The notes below the pieces were generated by a model. It was not told the DNA's origin. It was given only the letters and a program-made list of their open reading frames with translations, and searched no databases. DNA of 63,187 nucleotides, counting the filler, from Sphacelaria rigidula (lineage: Eukaryota): NCBI GenBank assembly GCA_964200075.2. It is 8 parts of 8 records of this genome, joined end to end, with 100 filler letters (N's around TTAATTAATTAA, not from the genome) between each part and the next. Parts side by side here need not be neighbours in the genome. Positions count along the whole stretch, not along the records: positions 31,648 to 39,457 come from CAXNAA020013379.1; positions 39,558 to 47,367 come from CAXNAA020013380.1; positions 47,468 to 55,277 come from CAXNAA020013381.1; 5 more parts are not named here. The stretch is one strand, 5' to 3'. Positions 36,325-49,466 of the stretch are shown here, piece after piece. Each line of letters opens with the position of its first letter. Within the stretch, counting starts at the first letter, position 1. The position numbers were made by a program, and so were the translations under genes.

Positions 36325-39300
36325 CTGAAAATAGTATCAGCTATACTGACCCCAGCGATTTAACACGTCTATCGATTGGGGATAATATACTCGTACACAA
36401 CCCAGTGTAGTACAGGTGCTTGGATGCACAGACTGCAAGCGTTCCGCAAAAGATGCAATACGGCGATGCGAAGTAAAAAAGACGTCACCCCGCATTCAAC
36501 CCCACGGCTTTGGACGTAAGCCTGTGAGACAATCTCAACAGGAAGTCATGTGCACCATACGCCCGAAGGAGATATGTACATCGACGCAGACAGGGCCAGA
36601 CGTATATCACACGCAAATGGACTCTCGATGTCAGCACCCCCAAAGCTCCAACCGTACATCAATTAACCCTGACAACAGGTGGTATTCCTGAGGCGACTAA
36701 AACACGCGGGTCAACCTCAACCATGGAGAGAAATTCCTGCAGTTTCTCACAGACTGTGGCAGATTTATCTGAGTAGCTTCGACATGCCACCCATACCTAT
36801 GAAAACTCACTTACTTCCGCAGACTATTTGTTACACTGACGCCGCCGCAAACTACCTAACGCTCAAGACACTCGAGCACCCACCGGACCTCCTGAGCCTT
36901 TCACCTGATGGACAACATATAGTCATCACTAGAAACATCATCCCACCGCACTTCTATGGGAACACGATAGACGATACAGAAATAACGCAAATATATGAGG
37001 AAAAAATGGAACTCCCCCTCATATTGCCATATGATGGTACAACGCAAGATGGTACCTAGACGGCAATGACAAGAGCTATTAAATGCCTGTTTAGCGCTCA
37101 CGTCAGGCGATGCTGAACCTCTAGACAGGTTTCCGATTACAATTCGCTAAACAGTTATCCGATGAAAATTCGTAGACACGGTAGTCGAACCCGCAACCCC
37201 GCCTGCTATTGGCATTTGTGGCGACATTGGCATGCAAACATTGAACATTACCCAATGGATGTCTGAAATAGAAAATCGGTTGGGGACATCCAGCTAGAGA
37301 CTAGGATCGGGACGGATCGATTCCCACACTGCAGCTAGAATATTCAAGGAACTCCTCGAGAGTGCAGTCACCACCATTGTCAATCAGAAACAAAACTAGT
37401 GCTCACTCGGAGAAATAAACGGTGAAAAAGCCAAAACACAGGAAGAAACACTGAAATAAGAAAATGAATCAACCAAACGATCCGTGACATATCCTACCCA
37501 ACGCTGGGTTACATATGAAAAACCCGACAGCCACCAGAGGCATTCCATCATGTTTTACAGCAACTAGGTCCGAGATGTAACCACAGTCGACGAATGCCTC
37601 ACTGGAGTACTACCACTAGCATATGCGATGCAGGGAGACAAAGCCAGGAAGATCGGGCTACAAACAGATGAATGCTGTGTCACCAAGGGTAGTCGAAAGC
37701 CCGTGAAGGTAATGAACAGCGGAGGCATGAAAACAAACCTCTGGAGACAAAACAAGTAAAGACTTCCACCACTCGATTTTCAAATCGATCTGCATTGACA
37801 TACAAGCAGCGTACCTGAACCAGGTTACCCGACAGCTTTTAGAAATGATGTGTGAGCATCAAGCGAAACATAACTATGAACCCACGTACTTTGGCTTTTG
37901 AATAACCGAAGAGAAAAGGAAAGAACACACGTGGCGAAGTAAGGGACTCTGCAAAGCACAGGCTAGTCGCTCATCCTTTCCCTCGGATTCAAAACTTGGT
38001 AATTATGGGAGGGACCGAGCGGGGGTGGGTGGGGGGGAGGGATATTGAAACCAGTGGGCGTACACCATACAAAACCCGCGTGGATTTAAGCAATTCTGTA
38101 CACGAGCAGTTATTCTGCTACATTCTGAAACTAACCAGGAAAAGACCGTACGAAACCCAAGTAGTTTGACAAGGCTACAAATCCAAGTATTGATTTTTTG
38201 TGCAGCTACATTCTCCTCTCGTGGGACTGTCTTCTATGCTTCGAGAAGAATCCATCCCAAAGAAGACTACTCGGGCGATTCAGGGTCAATGTTCGCCGGA
38301 GGTTTCCTCGGAGAACCCTCAGAAATATACTTTTTCTTTCCGGTTTGAAGAATCAGTTATCCGGCCAAAAGTCAAACTGGGCGCATGAAAGCTCGGGGAA
38401 GTGCGCTAGAATACTCTGGGAGAGTACATCAAGTATCTCCGAGGTAGCACATTCCGCCAAACCCCGTATCCCAGCGAAAGTCGGCACTGAATTTCTCAAA
38501 TAGGCTTTTGTATAGAGACTCTCTTGAACAGCAATAGAAGCTGCCTGAAAAGCCAAATTCTTCGTGTTTGAAGCAAAGTCAAAGGTTACCTTGGTCTTTA
38601 TTGGACACCTTGTGTCGCATGTGCTTCAAGCACGAGTGAAAACTACGTACGTGCTTTGCACTGTACGCCACGGACATACCAGCCACACGCAGCGACAGAC
38701 TTAGCCACCAGAATGATCAAACACACCGCCGAAGGTTTTTTTTCTTGAAAAGTTCGGAAATGGCTGTCCTACTCCGTCGGTATGCCCGGCACCCGGAAGC
38801 CTCTCGGCTGCTGAGTTTATTTTGCCACGAACGCTGGAGTAGGATATCTTCATACTCGACCTCTACAGGGATGAGACTATGTCGTCGTCTGTGCGACAAT
38901 TCCAAAGGGCCGGAAGGTCAACGTCGCAAAATCTTAGCTGTTGTACGTGTGGATAATACGAGGATAACATGTAGAACGTGTTTAAAAAGCACTGGCTGGG
39001 AACGTCGCTCAGTCAATTGCGGTGTAAAAGCAGCCACCAGTTCGGGGGGGTTACCTCCTATAGAGGTTGTACTGCACCGCGCAAATTTTATGTCGGTGCC
39101 GCATTTGTGGAATACGTGACGTCCCTGGCAAAAGGGCGGACGAAATCGCTCTTTGCATCTGCGGAGTTCCTTGTCGCGGTTGGCTTGCGAAAATCCGACG
39201 CTGTCGCTTGCTACTTCCAGGTATCCTTGGCGATTCGACTGCAGCACGGGAGGAACAGAAGACGATTTCAGATACATCCACTGGGTCAGTCGTAACCAGG

Positions 39301-39557
39301 TGTCCCGTCGTCTCGGCCGCTCGGATGATCGCGTTTGGGGCAGTTCATACTTCCTCTGTCCCATGATTAAAGTCCGTTATGACAATTTCTACGATAGCTC
39401 CCCAAAAAAACCAGCTCAAAGTGTCACGAAAAAATGGCCATACAGCGCCTGATGTTCNNNNNNNNNNNNNNNNNNNNNNNNNNNNNNNNNNNNNNNNNNN
39501 NTTAATTAATTAANNNNNNNNNNNNNNNNNNNNNNNNNNNNNNNNNNNNNNNNNNNN

Positions 39558-39649
39558 TGGTGTAAGAAAAAATCCCAGATCGCTCCGGGAATCGAACCCC
39601 ACAACTCAACCACCAGAGGGTGACGAGGTTACCAACTGAGCACCAGGGC
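39558..39649 (-). mobile_element. tRNA-derived SINE head, cut by contig start
   Basis: Reverse complement reads GCCCTGGTGCTCAGTTGGTAACCTCG...GGTTCGATTCCC...GATCTGGGATTTTTT. Confidence 0.8.
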
Positions 39650-39753
39650 GACCGGCGCTAGGGGTGTGCGAAACAGAGGGTCTGGAAGTGTGTAAAATAT
39701 ATAGCACAGGTAAAATCCACGAAAAAAAAAGAGGCTGTTTTTAGCTTGGGTTA

Positions 39754-40093
39754 AGAGCCATAATACGGTAGGGGTTGCACCTTTGGGCCCAGCTCTTCTT
39801 CGTTCAGAGGCTCCCAAATTTAGGAGCAACGCGATATGGCTCAGGACATTCCCGTTTACATCTTTTTTTTGTCGCATTTTGAACTCCTCCCCTTTCTCGG
39901 GACGAGTCCGTGGTCTCAAGGGATCAAACCATCTCTCCCCGACAAGTCCATGCGGGATTTCCGTAGCCCACTGTACAAGTCCATGCGTGCTGTGTCACAT
40001 ATTTCATACGTCGTTTTTTGGATGAGACGACGGAGGGCTCCTAAAATTCGAACCTCAGAAAATATTCGTGCACCCCAACCATAGCACCACTCG
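39754..40093. mobile_element. PIF/Harbinger (Tourist-like) MITE, copy 2
   Basis: TTA TSD on both sides. TIRs ..ACGGTAGGGGTTGCAC and GTGCACCCCAACCATAGCACCACTC. Confidence 0.78.
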
Positions 40094-40096
40094 TTA

Positions 40097-41390
40097 TCGT
40101 AGATGCGCCGCATGACTTTTTGTACGTTGTGTATGTGGACCTCGAGTAGTCGCCGTGTGCATCGAGTGCAAAGCCGCGGTGATGGCGGACAGAGCGTATT
40201 TCGCAGGCCACACGGAGGTTGAGAAGACATGCCGAGGCGACTTGAGAGGAGTTGAGAGAAGATGTGCCCCCCCCCGGACTAGCTACCCGCATCTACATAT
40301 CAAGTTGAGATGCGTGCAGCAGCCCTATGCCGTAGTGGACTCTTAAGGGGGCTGGTCGTCCAGCTGACTACAATAGAGATATGTTGCTCAGCTTAATCGG
40401 TATCATACGCACGTCCTCAATGACCCATCAATGAAGGTATCTCAAATTCGGCTTCCGGTATCCTGGTTTGTTTCGTTCTATTTTTTTCATGTGAAATTGA
40501 TTCATCAGATGATGAGACCCGTTGACCGCCAGGTCAGGTCCTTCTATGATTCGCGATCACTTCCACTTGATAAAATAGTACACCACTCAGAGCCAGCGAA
40601 TAAACCAGGATACCGGGAGCCGAGTTTGAGATACCTCTAATAACAGTCGTTGCCGTCCGTCAGCGAGGCCTCAGTCGGTTAACCAAGAATCCTTTCAGCG
40701 CGACTTGAGCGACTTCAGATTGGACCTGGCCCATGGGAATACACAAATCTCATGGTACGCCCATATATCGCCGCAACCCCCCCTCCCCATCGATGGTCTT
40801 GCGCAAAACCATGAGTACACGCTACCGACCCATTTCCTTTTCCCGTCTCGGAAACCAGAAACAAACATTTCACCTTCAACACAGCTGACATGGGACCGAA
40901 GTTACTGATTTACTAACTTGACCACAAAAATTGATCGAAGCCAAGGCTTGCAATGACGATAGAAAACTGAGCCTTGGGGTGAACAACGTGCCTCATTCAG
41001 AGAGGCTGAGATTTGACGGCCTGGATGATGGGAGATGGCCGATGTTTTGTGACGATTTCATCACGAAATCAAACGCGATGAGGATGTCGCATGTGCTACA
41101 CGACGGTAGAGACATCGCAGTGCATCACACCAGTGGAAAACAGATTCTGAAGGAAGGGTTGAGTGCTGCAGAGATGGTGATGTTCAAGACTGTATGGGCA
41201 ACGCCCATGAGCTCAATCTAAAACAAGGCAACCAACAGCTTGTATTCGTGTAAGGCGTTGGCCACGGCGTGGAAGTCACTGCTCGTAGAACATACCTACG
41301 CCTCAACGCCTGGGGGGGGAACAAATATCGCTAGCAGGAAAGTTCTTCACTGCAATATGTATGTCTTTGATGGACCGTTTTTGTGGGGCA
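40097..41390 (-). pseudogene. Heavily decayed non-LTR retrotransposon ORF (CRE/R2-like RT and zinc knuckle)
   Basis: Remnants PPGVEA, ..ICFPLV, WAYHE (YxDD-like position) and LDAHGD...HN occur in the expected order. Many stops and frameshifts. Confidence 0.4.
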
Positions 41391-41400
41391 TATGCCGCTC

Positions 41401-42023
41401 GCCCCGGCGGTTCAGTTGGTAACCTCGAAACCTTCTGACGGATGGGACGTGACTCCGAACCTCGGTGAAGTCACACGATCTGGGGTATGTCAAACACCAT
41501 ACCCAACAGTGGAGAGCGACTACGTGCTGTGTTATTTGTGTGTTTGTGTTTGTTTGTAGTACGTGCTGTGTTGTTTGTGTGTTCGTGTGTGTTGTTGTTA
41601 TTGCTGTTGTTTTTTGTTGTTTGTTGGTGTCGCTACTTCCTTTCTTCTTTCATTTCTGTGGCTGTTGCTTCTGTCTCTTTCTGTTCCCTTCCTCCTATAT
41701 TTCTTGTACTGTTTTTTTTTTTGCTGCTCCTGACCACGGGCTGGATTGTTGCAACCAGTATATGTGAGATAACCAATCACTCAATGTTGTGGACAGACCA
41801 AGTTCGACTTCACGGTCGACGAGGGAAAGAGACCGCTGTATCCTTCTTATCGCGATAAAAAGTGAGACAGAGCACCGCAGAAGGAAAGTGAAGTTATATA
41901 AAAAGAGAAACGCAAAACTCCTGTGCTGGCCTTCCTCCTGTGTGACCCCGGCTGGTCTGTTCACATATACTGAGAGGTGTCGGCTGGCGTCCAGAATAGA
42001 TGGGACGACAACACACACACACA
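41401..42023 (+). mobile_element. tRNA-derived SINE interrupted by an (AATC)-tailed retroposon fragment (about 41521-41784)
   Basis: Aligns with 21632-21991 on both sides of the insert. Ends GTCCAGAATAGATGGG..(CA)n. Confidence 0.85.
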
Positions 42024-43180
42024 TATGTTTTCATGGTTTGCAAGTGGTGCACGCTGGCAGCCACTACTGCGCTGATGCAAAAACAAATAATTTCGTCCGA
42101 TGATTTCGCAGTCTTCGTACTTTCGAAAGACATCTAGCACACGTCAAGCATTCTTGATATTGCATGCATGCCATAGAGTGACAAAAAACTTAGTAAATGT
42201 GACTTCATGCTGTCTGTACTGCTGCTGCCGTACCGTATAACAAGCACGACTGTCTTCATCAACGGCTCAATACAGCAGTATGAAAAAATCAGCATGACAA
42301 ACCGTACAGTTTCCTTGACAAGGCAAAAGGAGCCAGGCAAGCAGTTAAGGCCGAGCACGGATCAGAGATTACTTCCTTTTTCCGTGTGCTGCAATGCTCG
42401 AGCGGTCGGTACGCAAATCATAGTCCATTACGACTAGGCTGCAAGATGGGCGTTCTGCGGGTGTTACGTCGAAAAAGATTATGGCCAAATTGACAATCTA
42501 AACACAGTGCTCAGGCAGTGTGTATCACACGTGATTGCCCCGATAAAGACCAGCGTTCAGTCTTATCGAGAAGCAGTTTTGTCCAGATCGAAACCCAGAT
42601 CTGCACACAAGTTCAGAAGTGCGGCGGTTCTGGAAGTGATCGTTAGCCCAACATCTCTGTACTGCTGCAGACGAGACGCAACAAGGCGAACTTAACACCT
42701 ACAGTATATACCGAGTCCGGTAAAACCATGACGGGAAATCACCACTCACGCGCATTAGCTCCAGCGCAACCTCTCGCTCGTCTACACACGACAGTCATTT
42801 TTTTACGGAAATCCGTCTACTACTGGATAAAAGGCGCTCGCGTGCGCCTCAAAATTCAAACGAGAACCGAAAACGTGCCATTGTCCACCGTTTGTGAGCG
42901 TATGCCGTGCGCGCGTGTCACGTCAATCATCGTTCTTCACGGAATTCTCGACAGATTTGAGCAAGGTCACGCACAACATGCTCAGCTGAGGAGCAGCTAT
43001 GGATCGAGCTGTGCGTTCTTGGTTTGCGGGAGCATCACGCTCCTGAGGTTTGAGGTTCAAGTCTGATTGTGTCGGGTTGTCTGTCAAGACTTCGCTTCTG
43101 CTCCTGTCAACGGGATATCTATGTTCTCGTTCAAGGTGCCTTGAAAAATTGATTATAGAAACTGTTCTTTGATTTCTTAA

Positions 43181-44400
43181 CCCTTTTGGAGCCCTCCCCT
43201 CCCGTTCCCGGGCCAGACGCCTCATTATTTCAAATTGTGACGAAGAAGAAAATATGTGAACAAAGAAGACCGACGGCAACCATTTTTACTGTGGAAGACC
43301 GAAGAAGATTCCAGAAGCATACGTCATGGATGTACCGAAAATGAAACCCCAGGGCGGTTGGGTTGGGTTTGTCCAATGATATCACGCGACGAGCGAAGTG
43401 TGTCCAATTGTATGCATCGACAAAACTCTCGCGAAACAGTACAAACTCCCATATATGTGATTTTTGTCAGTGGGAATCTGTGAAATACCTAAATTCGAGT
43501 TCGGTGCGCGAATATGCCACATCAGTATACTTGAACTTAGAGTGGCGCACTATTATACTTAAAATTAGAGCGGTGCACCATTTTGGTGGGCTGTATCTTC
43601 AAGAGTTCATGAGTATAGGAAGCCACACTATACGGCGGCGACAATGATATGACGGAGCAAGTGGAAATCCCGTCGCCACATGTGGAAGGGCTGAAGAGCG
43701 ACCCATACGTAATTCACGTTCAGCTGGAATGGTGGCTGAGAAGCACTGCCAAGACGCTGACAGGCGTCTCGCTGAAAAGGCTGCAAGAGCGGTTGGGGCA
43801 GCCCATTGCTCCCCGGCGAACACCGCTCCCCCCCCGCTCGCTTACCGAACGTCAGCAGAGTAACCGCAGCAAGAGACAACGCTGCGAGGCACACAGGATT
43901 ATGTCTTCCACGACGGAGTACAGCAACATGCATGACGTGAGTTTACACTTGAAATAAGCTGAAAATATCGTGATCATACGCAGTACAAAGGAGTAGGTGA
44001 AAACATCCCCACAGGGCCTGACGGTGATCGTCTCCGAATACAGACAGTAGACGGGGGCCTCACTGAGGTAAATGCGCCGTCGGCGTCGTCTTTCTTATTG
44101 TAACTTAGGCGCGGGCTTGTTATGATGCGGCACGAAGCATCTACTACAGGTGGGGCGTGAAGATTGCTTCACGAAAGGTCAGCCATGCACTCTGGCGGGG
44201 TCAGAAACCACCGACGGGTCGAACAATTCGTCATACCCGTTATTAGATAATCTTTTTTTCTTCCACGTCGCATTCGCACGGGTCTGAAAAACACGCTTTC
44301 GGCGATTCGTTTGCTCAAAGGCTGTGGAAAGATGACATTTTTTTGCCCGAAAAAACGTCAAATGTCAATCGTCAATTTTCTATCAACGGTTCCAAAAGGG
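43181..44400. mobile_element. Complete 1220-bp non-autonomous piggyBac-type element
   Basis: TTAA|CCCTTTTGGAGCC ... GGTTCCAAAAGGG|TTAA (13-bp TIR, one mismatch). No transposase ORF. Confidence 0.88.
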
Positions 44401-45179
44401 TTAAAACCACTTCAGCAGACAGGATTTTGGGACCCTATTTTTTGGGGCGAGGGGGTGATGTCGCAGAGATCAATCACCGGCCATTGTTTTTTCCAAAAGT
44501 GATATTTTGTAAAGTGACATTAATAATTACCGTCAATAGGAACCTGCCCCACTCCACTCTCTTCGGATACGGCGTCAAACTCGGAATTTTTCTCAGGAAA
44601 CTTCCAGGTACACATGATTGGTATTGAACGAGAGCTCTTCGGTTGATCTCGTAACGGGTACTCACCCCCTGGGAAAAAAGACACCCAGCCCTCCGCCAAC
44701 CCAACGCATACTGAGAACCCTCGGGCAAGGGAGGTAGATACATGGGATTCGCTAGGCAAAGTGCGGCCTTGATGGACCCAAAATCGGCGCCTGTGGCGCC
44801 GATTTGAACGAAAACGCGTGTTACGCACGCGAGGAGAACACGGGACTGTCAGCCCCACTAAGAATCAGATTTTCGTTGTGGATACCAAAATCGAGTAATA
44901 CCAACCATGGATCTGGAGTAGCCCAACGCCGGTCAACTCTACTGCTCGGCTCGACACCGTGGATGTCCCTGAACCGTCAGCCGGCGAAACTGTGCTCGTT
45001 CCGACGCGAGGCTTGCATCGTCAGGGGTTCGCTGTGGTCTACTGGAAAGGAATCGCCAGAACCAGATGGCGACTACTGCAGTAATACCAGTCGTCTCGCG
45101 GTCGTCTTGCGGTACTGTAATGAAAAACTGAAGTCATCAGGTGTCTCTGCAATTCAAGATTCTCGGTGGTGCTGTCTGT

Positions 45180-45253
45180 TCAGGAATCGAACAGGTTACC
45201 CATTGAACCAATGAGCGCTCACCAGTTCAATGGGTAAATTGTTCGATTTCTGA
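45180..45253 (+). other. 74-nt stem-loop with a 29-bp stem (pre-miRNA-sized)
   Basis: TCAGGAATCGAACAGGTTACCCATTGAAC pairs with GTTCAATGGGTAAATTGTTCGATTTCTGA, with two G.U pairs and one mismatch. Confidence 0.55.
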
Positions 45254-45605
45254 TTATCCCTCCCTTGGGATGAGGGCCACTCCAGCAAATTCCAAGCCGA
45301 ATTCTTCATTCAAGGATGCACCGTTGTTGTAGACTTACTTATGGATACGTTCCGAAGTGATTCACGTTTCTACAAGAAGTACTCCGAAACCACAGGCACG
45401 TTCGCCGCTGCGGTAGAGTGCAATACAGTAGCACTACAACTTACCGCCTAGCAGCAGGGGACAAAAGTCGCGTTGCTATTGTCGGAGGGGAACAGTTTCC
45501 TGGGCCGAGTTTCTTCAACACTTGACACGTATCAATCAACCCGCAACGCGGGACACATCAGCTCCTGAAAATGATCAACTCAAATATAAAAAGTAAAGCA
45601 CATAC

Positions 45606-46128
45606 CTGAGAACAGTCCAGTCCCATTTTTTCCAGGTAACACTCCTCCCCCAGAAGCCGCACGTGGCCTGTCGAGATCATCCGAAACGCATCGTCGAACG
45701 GGATCTCTCGACTTGCGAGGATACCCGCTTGAGCTGGTAGCCCCCACGTGACGAGGCGAATGTGACGGAGGGCTGAGAATATTTGGGAGACCTCGCCCGA
45801 AGCCCTTGCCCAGGGAAGTAACGGGTATCGTTGATGTTGGCGAGTGGGCATTGCCGTTGCTTTCCATTATCATCAGATACTGCAGCGCGCGTAGTGGCGC
45901 CTTGGAGAGCCGATCTAGAGTGATCTTACCCTTGCCCGTGTCGGCGCACGGTGGTAATGGTTGTTGTGAACGTACCGGTGAGGTCATCTTTTTTGGGCGA
46001 TGGTTGTTGTTGTTCTTTGTCCACGACAGGATGGCACTCTTACCGTTGCTGTGGTTGCTTCCGTGGTTATTTTTGCTATTGTTGTTGCTGCTGCTGACCA
46101 TGCTCTGCAAAGGTGGTTGGTGTTCCAT
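45606..46128 (-). CDS. Probable first coding exon of an unknown, disordered S/N/P-rich protein
   Basis: Lies within a 260-codon ORF. AAC/AGC triplet low complexity. CAG|GTATGT donor. Possible last exon at about 45407-45370 (ANVPVVSEYFL*). Confidence 0.45.
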
Positions 46129-47859
46129 GATGTGTTGTAATGGACAGGCCGCGTGTACACGGCACCGCCACAGGTGCCCCAAGAGGATACAGGCTGTGAA
46201 ACGTGGCGAACAGTGACCGGATCTAAATTCGCTTTCAAAATAGGTCATATTTCGTGGGATACGTTTATCGCGGGTCTGCCAAGCGCCTGGCGGGAGAAAA
46301 ATACTTGGAAGAAAACAGGTCGCCGCGAGAGGTACAACTACTGTTGTACCACACCACACCAATGCTCAGGCAGGAGGGCATCGCACGACTGACAGCACCG
46401 TACATTTCTAGATTATTTGACTAGGTGATTCGGCTTGGAAGTTATTCCCCAAAGCTCTGCTGCTCTCTTTGCGGGTCAACGAAGAAGCTGAAGCTGTGCG
46501 TTGAACATCAAAAGAACATTCAGAATCAGAACACAAGAGCCGAGATTGCTCCATCACCAATTGCACCGCAGTCACCACTGAGCGGCTACTTTACGCATAC
46601 CCGCCAACTGTAGCACCCACGTCGCTTGCGATTACGCCACCTCGCCGTTCTGTGGGAAATAATAAACATCCTCGGGGGAGTTATTTGGTAAACGAGACCC
46701 TCGAAGGAGGGTAGTTCATGGTCCTCCTCGTGAAAATATCCCTTTCTAAGCGGTGGGGGGGGGGGTGCTATATCCCGTCATCGCCGGCGTGATCAGGGGA
46801 GCGGTGGCGCTCAGTGTGTAGCGGCCGGGAGCAGCAACCATGTATAAGCGGACAGTTCCTGGCAAAGGGAAATCTTCTGTATACGGAAGGAGCGATGGAT
46901 CTGGAGACTCACTGCAACGCCTCAAGCGTCTGGATATTTACGCCAGGTACTCATCTCTACATGAACAGTACAGTACAGTACAGTACAGTACAGGTAGAGC
47001 AGAAGAGTGCGGTGCCCAGTTGCTACAGACAGTAGGTAATCTACTGTATGCTGTCTATTCGCAAGTGTCCATCCAGGTGACGAAGTACTCTACATATCTC
47101 AGTAACAGTAAGACCACTTATCATATTCTGAAAACGGACTCTTTGAGAACTTCTGTTCTTGAGCCTTTCATCACGGAGTTTTCGCGGAATACGGGCCTTT
47201 GCGGATTGGGCCTCCTCGGAAAGATTTGCTCGTGTTTTTCACGAGGGTTCTAGCGATTTTGACCTTTTCCCGACAGCTGGACGATTTTGGGGGCGACTGA
47301 GAATATCCAGACCCGACCAAAAGTAAAACTGGGAACCCGGCCAAAAGTAAGACTGGGCGTACGAAAGNNNNNNNNNNNNNNNNNNNNNNNNNNNNNNNNN
47401 NNNNNNNNNNNTTAATTAATTAANNNNNNNNNNNNNNNNNNNNNNNNNNNNNNNNNNNNNNNNNNNNCCTTGCTCTGCCTATATTGTTCCGCTGTAAACT
47501 TCCCAAACACTTATGGTTTACTCCGTGAGCTTCGGCGGTGGTCTGCGTACAGACCCCCCCCCCCCCCGACCACTGGAAACCCCTGGATGCCTCGGGACTA
47601 TCCGCTTGTACAACTGTTCCGAGGCGACGCTCGTCGTCTAAGGGTTAAGTAGTGTTTTAACGAAACAAGGAAAATGAGAGTCATTTCGTGATAGTGATAC
47701 GAAGTGAAGTGACGGTTCACAGCTTAATTATCACGAGAAATCACACACCGTTTTTGTCGAGTATGGTAAGGTGGGGAACAAGTTATACGGAACCGGTGAA
47801 ACAGCACGCGAACAGACCAGCGACTTCAAGGAGGGCGACAATCATGCGCAAGGGGGTAT

Positions 47860-48600
47860 GGGTATTGTCGCAGGTCAAAACGCGGACCGCCTTCCGCACG
47901 AGAAGAAGAAACAGCAGCAGTATCAGCAGCATCGTTATTGGCAGTACGTGTACGCGGCTGGGGGGGGGTCTAAATCAGCCGGTGCCGATACTGCTGCTGC
48001 TGCTGCTGCTGCTGCCGTTCTTGCTCATGAGAGAAACGGTCCGCGTTTCGATCGTGCTACAACCCCCACGCACCTCGCACGTGATATCCACGGTGCTGGA
48101 AAGCGCTGGTCCTTACTACCCGTCGATAGGTCTATGCTTGCTCACTAGGCTAAGTGTTAGTAGATATAGCTGTGCGCATCTCTGTGTGCGAGCTGTGCAC
48201 GTCGGGTATGTCTCGCACGCGTGGCTGCTGCTGCTGATGGGAATGAAGCCAGCGTCCAATACAGGGGAAAACAAGTGATATGTACTCGTACTGAAAATGC
48301 TACTACTGTCTGTATGGGGGTAACAACAAATCATAGTCTACTTTGAATAATACTGTACTCGTATTGGGGGCAATACCGTGCCAGGTCATGGATATTGCCG
48401 CACGTCGAAACGCGGACCGCCTCCCGTACGAGAAGCAGCAGCAGCAGTATCTTTGTTGCCAATTAATGTGTACGGCCAGGGGTGAGTCTGAATCAGCCGG
48501 TGCCGATACTGCTGCTGCTGCTGCCATTTTTCCTCACGCGAGAGACAGTGCACGTTTCAATCGTGCTACTACGCCCACACACCTGGCGCGTGATCCGTAC
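47860..48600. repeat. Diverged direct duplication with CAG/CTG tracts (about 47860-48090 and 48395-48600)
   Basis: AAACGCGGACCGCCT..ACGAGAAG..AATCAGCCGGTGCCGATACTGCTGCTGCTGC occurs twice. Confidence 0.8.
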
Positions 48601-49185
48601 TGCCCGCTTATCTATCCCGAGATATGGCGCACATAAGTTTCCATACTAAAACCAATATATTACGAGCAGAGGCACTAGATGCCCTTAATCTGGACATTGC
48701 GTCTCATTTTTTAGGGTTGTTCGATAAAATTTCGTGTAGTGGACCGCTAGTGCATAATAAAATAAAATAAAATGGCTTGCTACCTTTTCTCATTTTTTTT
48801 TCATTTTTTTTCGTGTTTTTAGTGGAGTTTTGAGGGAAAATTAACGTTGCTCTTAAGCCTTATCGCACTGTTGTAGCTCAATTTCTAGAATTGTGATTTG
48901 AAAATTAGCATGGGGAACCACAATAGTGTGCCGAAGAAAAAAAAAATGGGCCTTCATTTTTTTTTTTTCATAGAGGTTCGGACGTTCTCGTGAAAAATTG
49001 GTCCTGACCATAGTAGAAGGCCCTGAACCAGTGAATATAATAAAAAAAAGGAACCTGACCCACTTTTTTTGTTAATTATGCCTTAGAGAGCGCCCACACC
49101 AAATTTCAATACACGAAAACCAAACGTGGGCCGGTGAGTGGCCTGCAAAATACTGTTCCGAATTTATACCGACCCGATTTTTGAT

Positions 49186-49466
49186 AGGCCCATGCTCTTT
49201 TATACATTCAGAGTTGGGCCCTGAAATTTGGTATGGACAGTGCATAGGGCATAAGAAAAAAAAATACTGAAGTACCAAAATATATATATATATATTTTCA
49301 TGAGTCAAGGGCAATAATCGGTTTTCAGGTATCACCAAAATGCCCTTAACTCATGAAAAAAAAAATAACTCTTTTGGTACTTCAGTAATTTTTTTTCTTA
49401 TGCCCTATGCACTGTCCATACCAAATTTCAGGGCCCAACTCTAAATGTATAAAAAAGCATGGGCCT
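49186..49466. mobile_element. Foldback element, about 125-bp arms
   Basis: AGAGTTGGGCCCTGAAATTTGGTATGGACAGTGCATAGGGCATAAGAAAAAAA is exactly inverted at about 49390-49442. Confidence 0.85.

Noticed and set aside
36615-36665. GWSFGG alpha/beta-hydrolase motif on the minus strand
   Set aside because: An in-frame stop lies immediately upstream and no compatible acceptor was found. Probably chance.
38975-39380. Decayed Gypsy protease-RT linker
   Set aside because: Only a vague resemblance, with no catalytic motif.
42190-42320. BED zinc finger remnant (CTVC...YGSSSTDSMKSHL)
   Set aside because: Needs a frameshift and has no adjoining transposase. Too weak to call.
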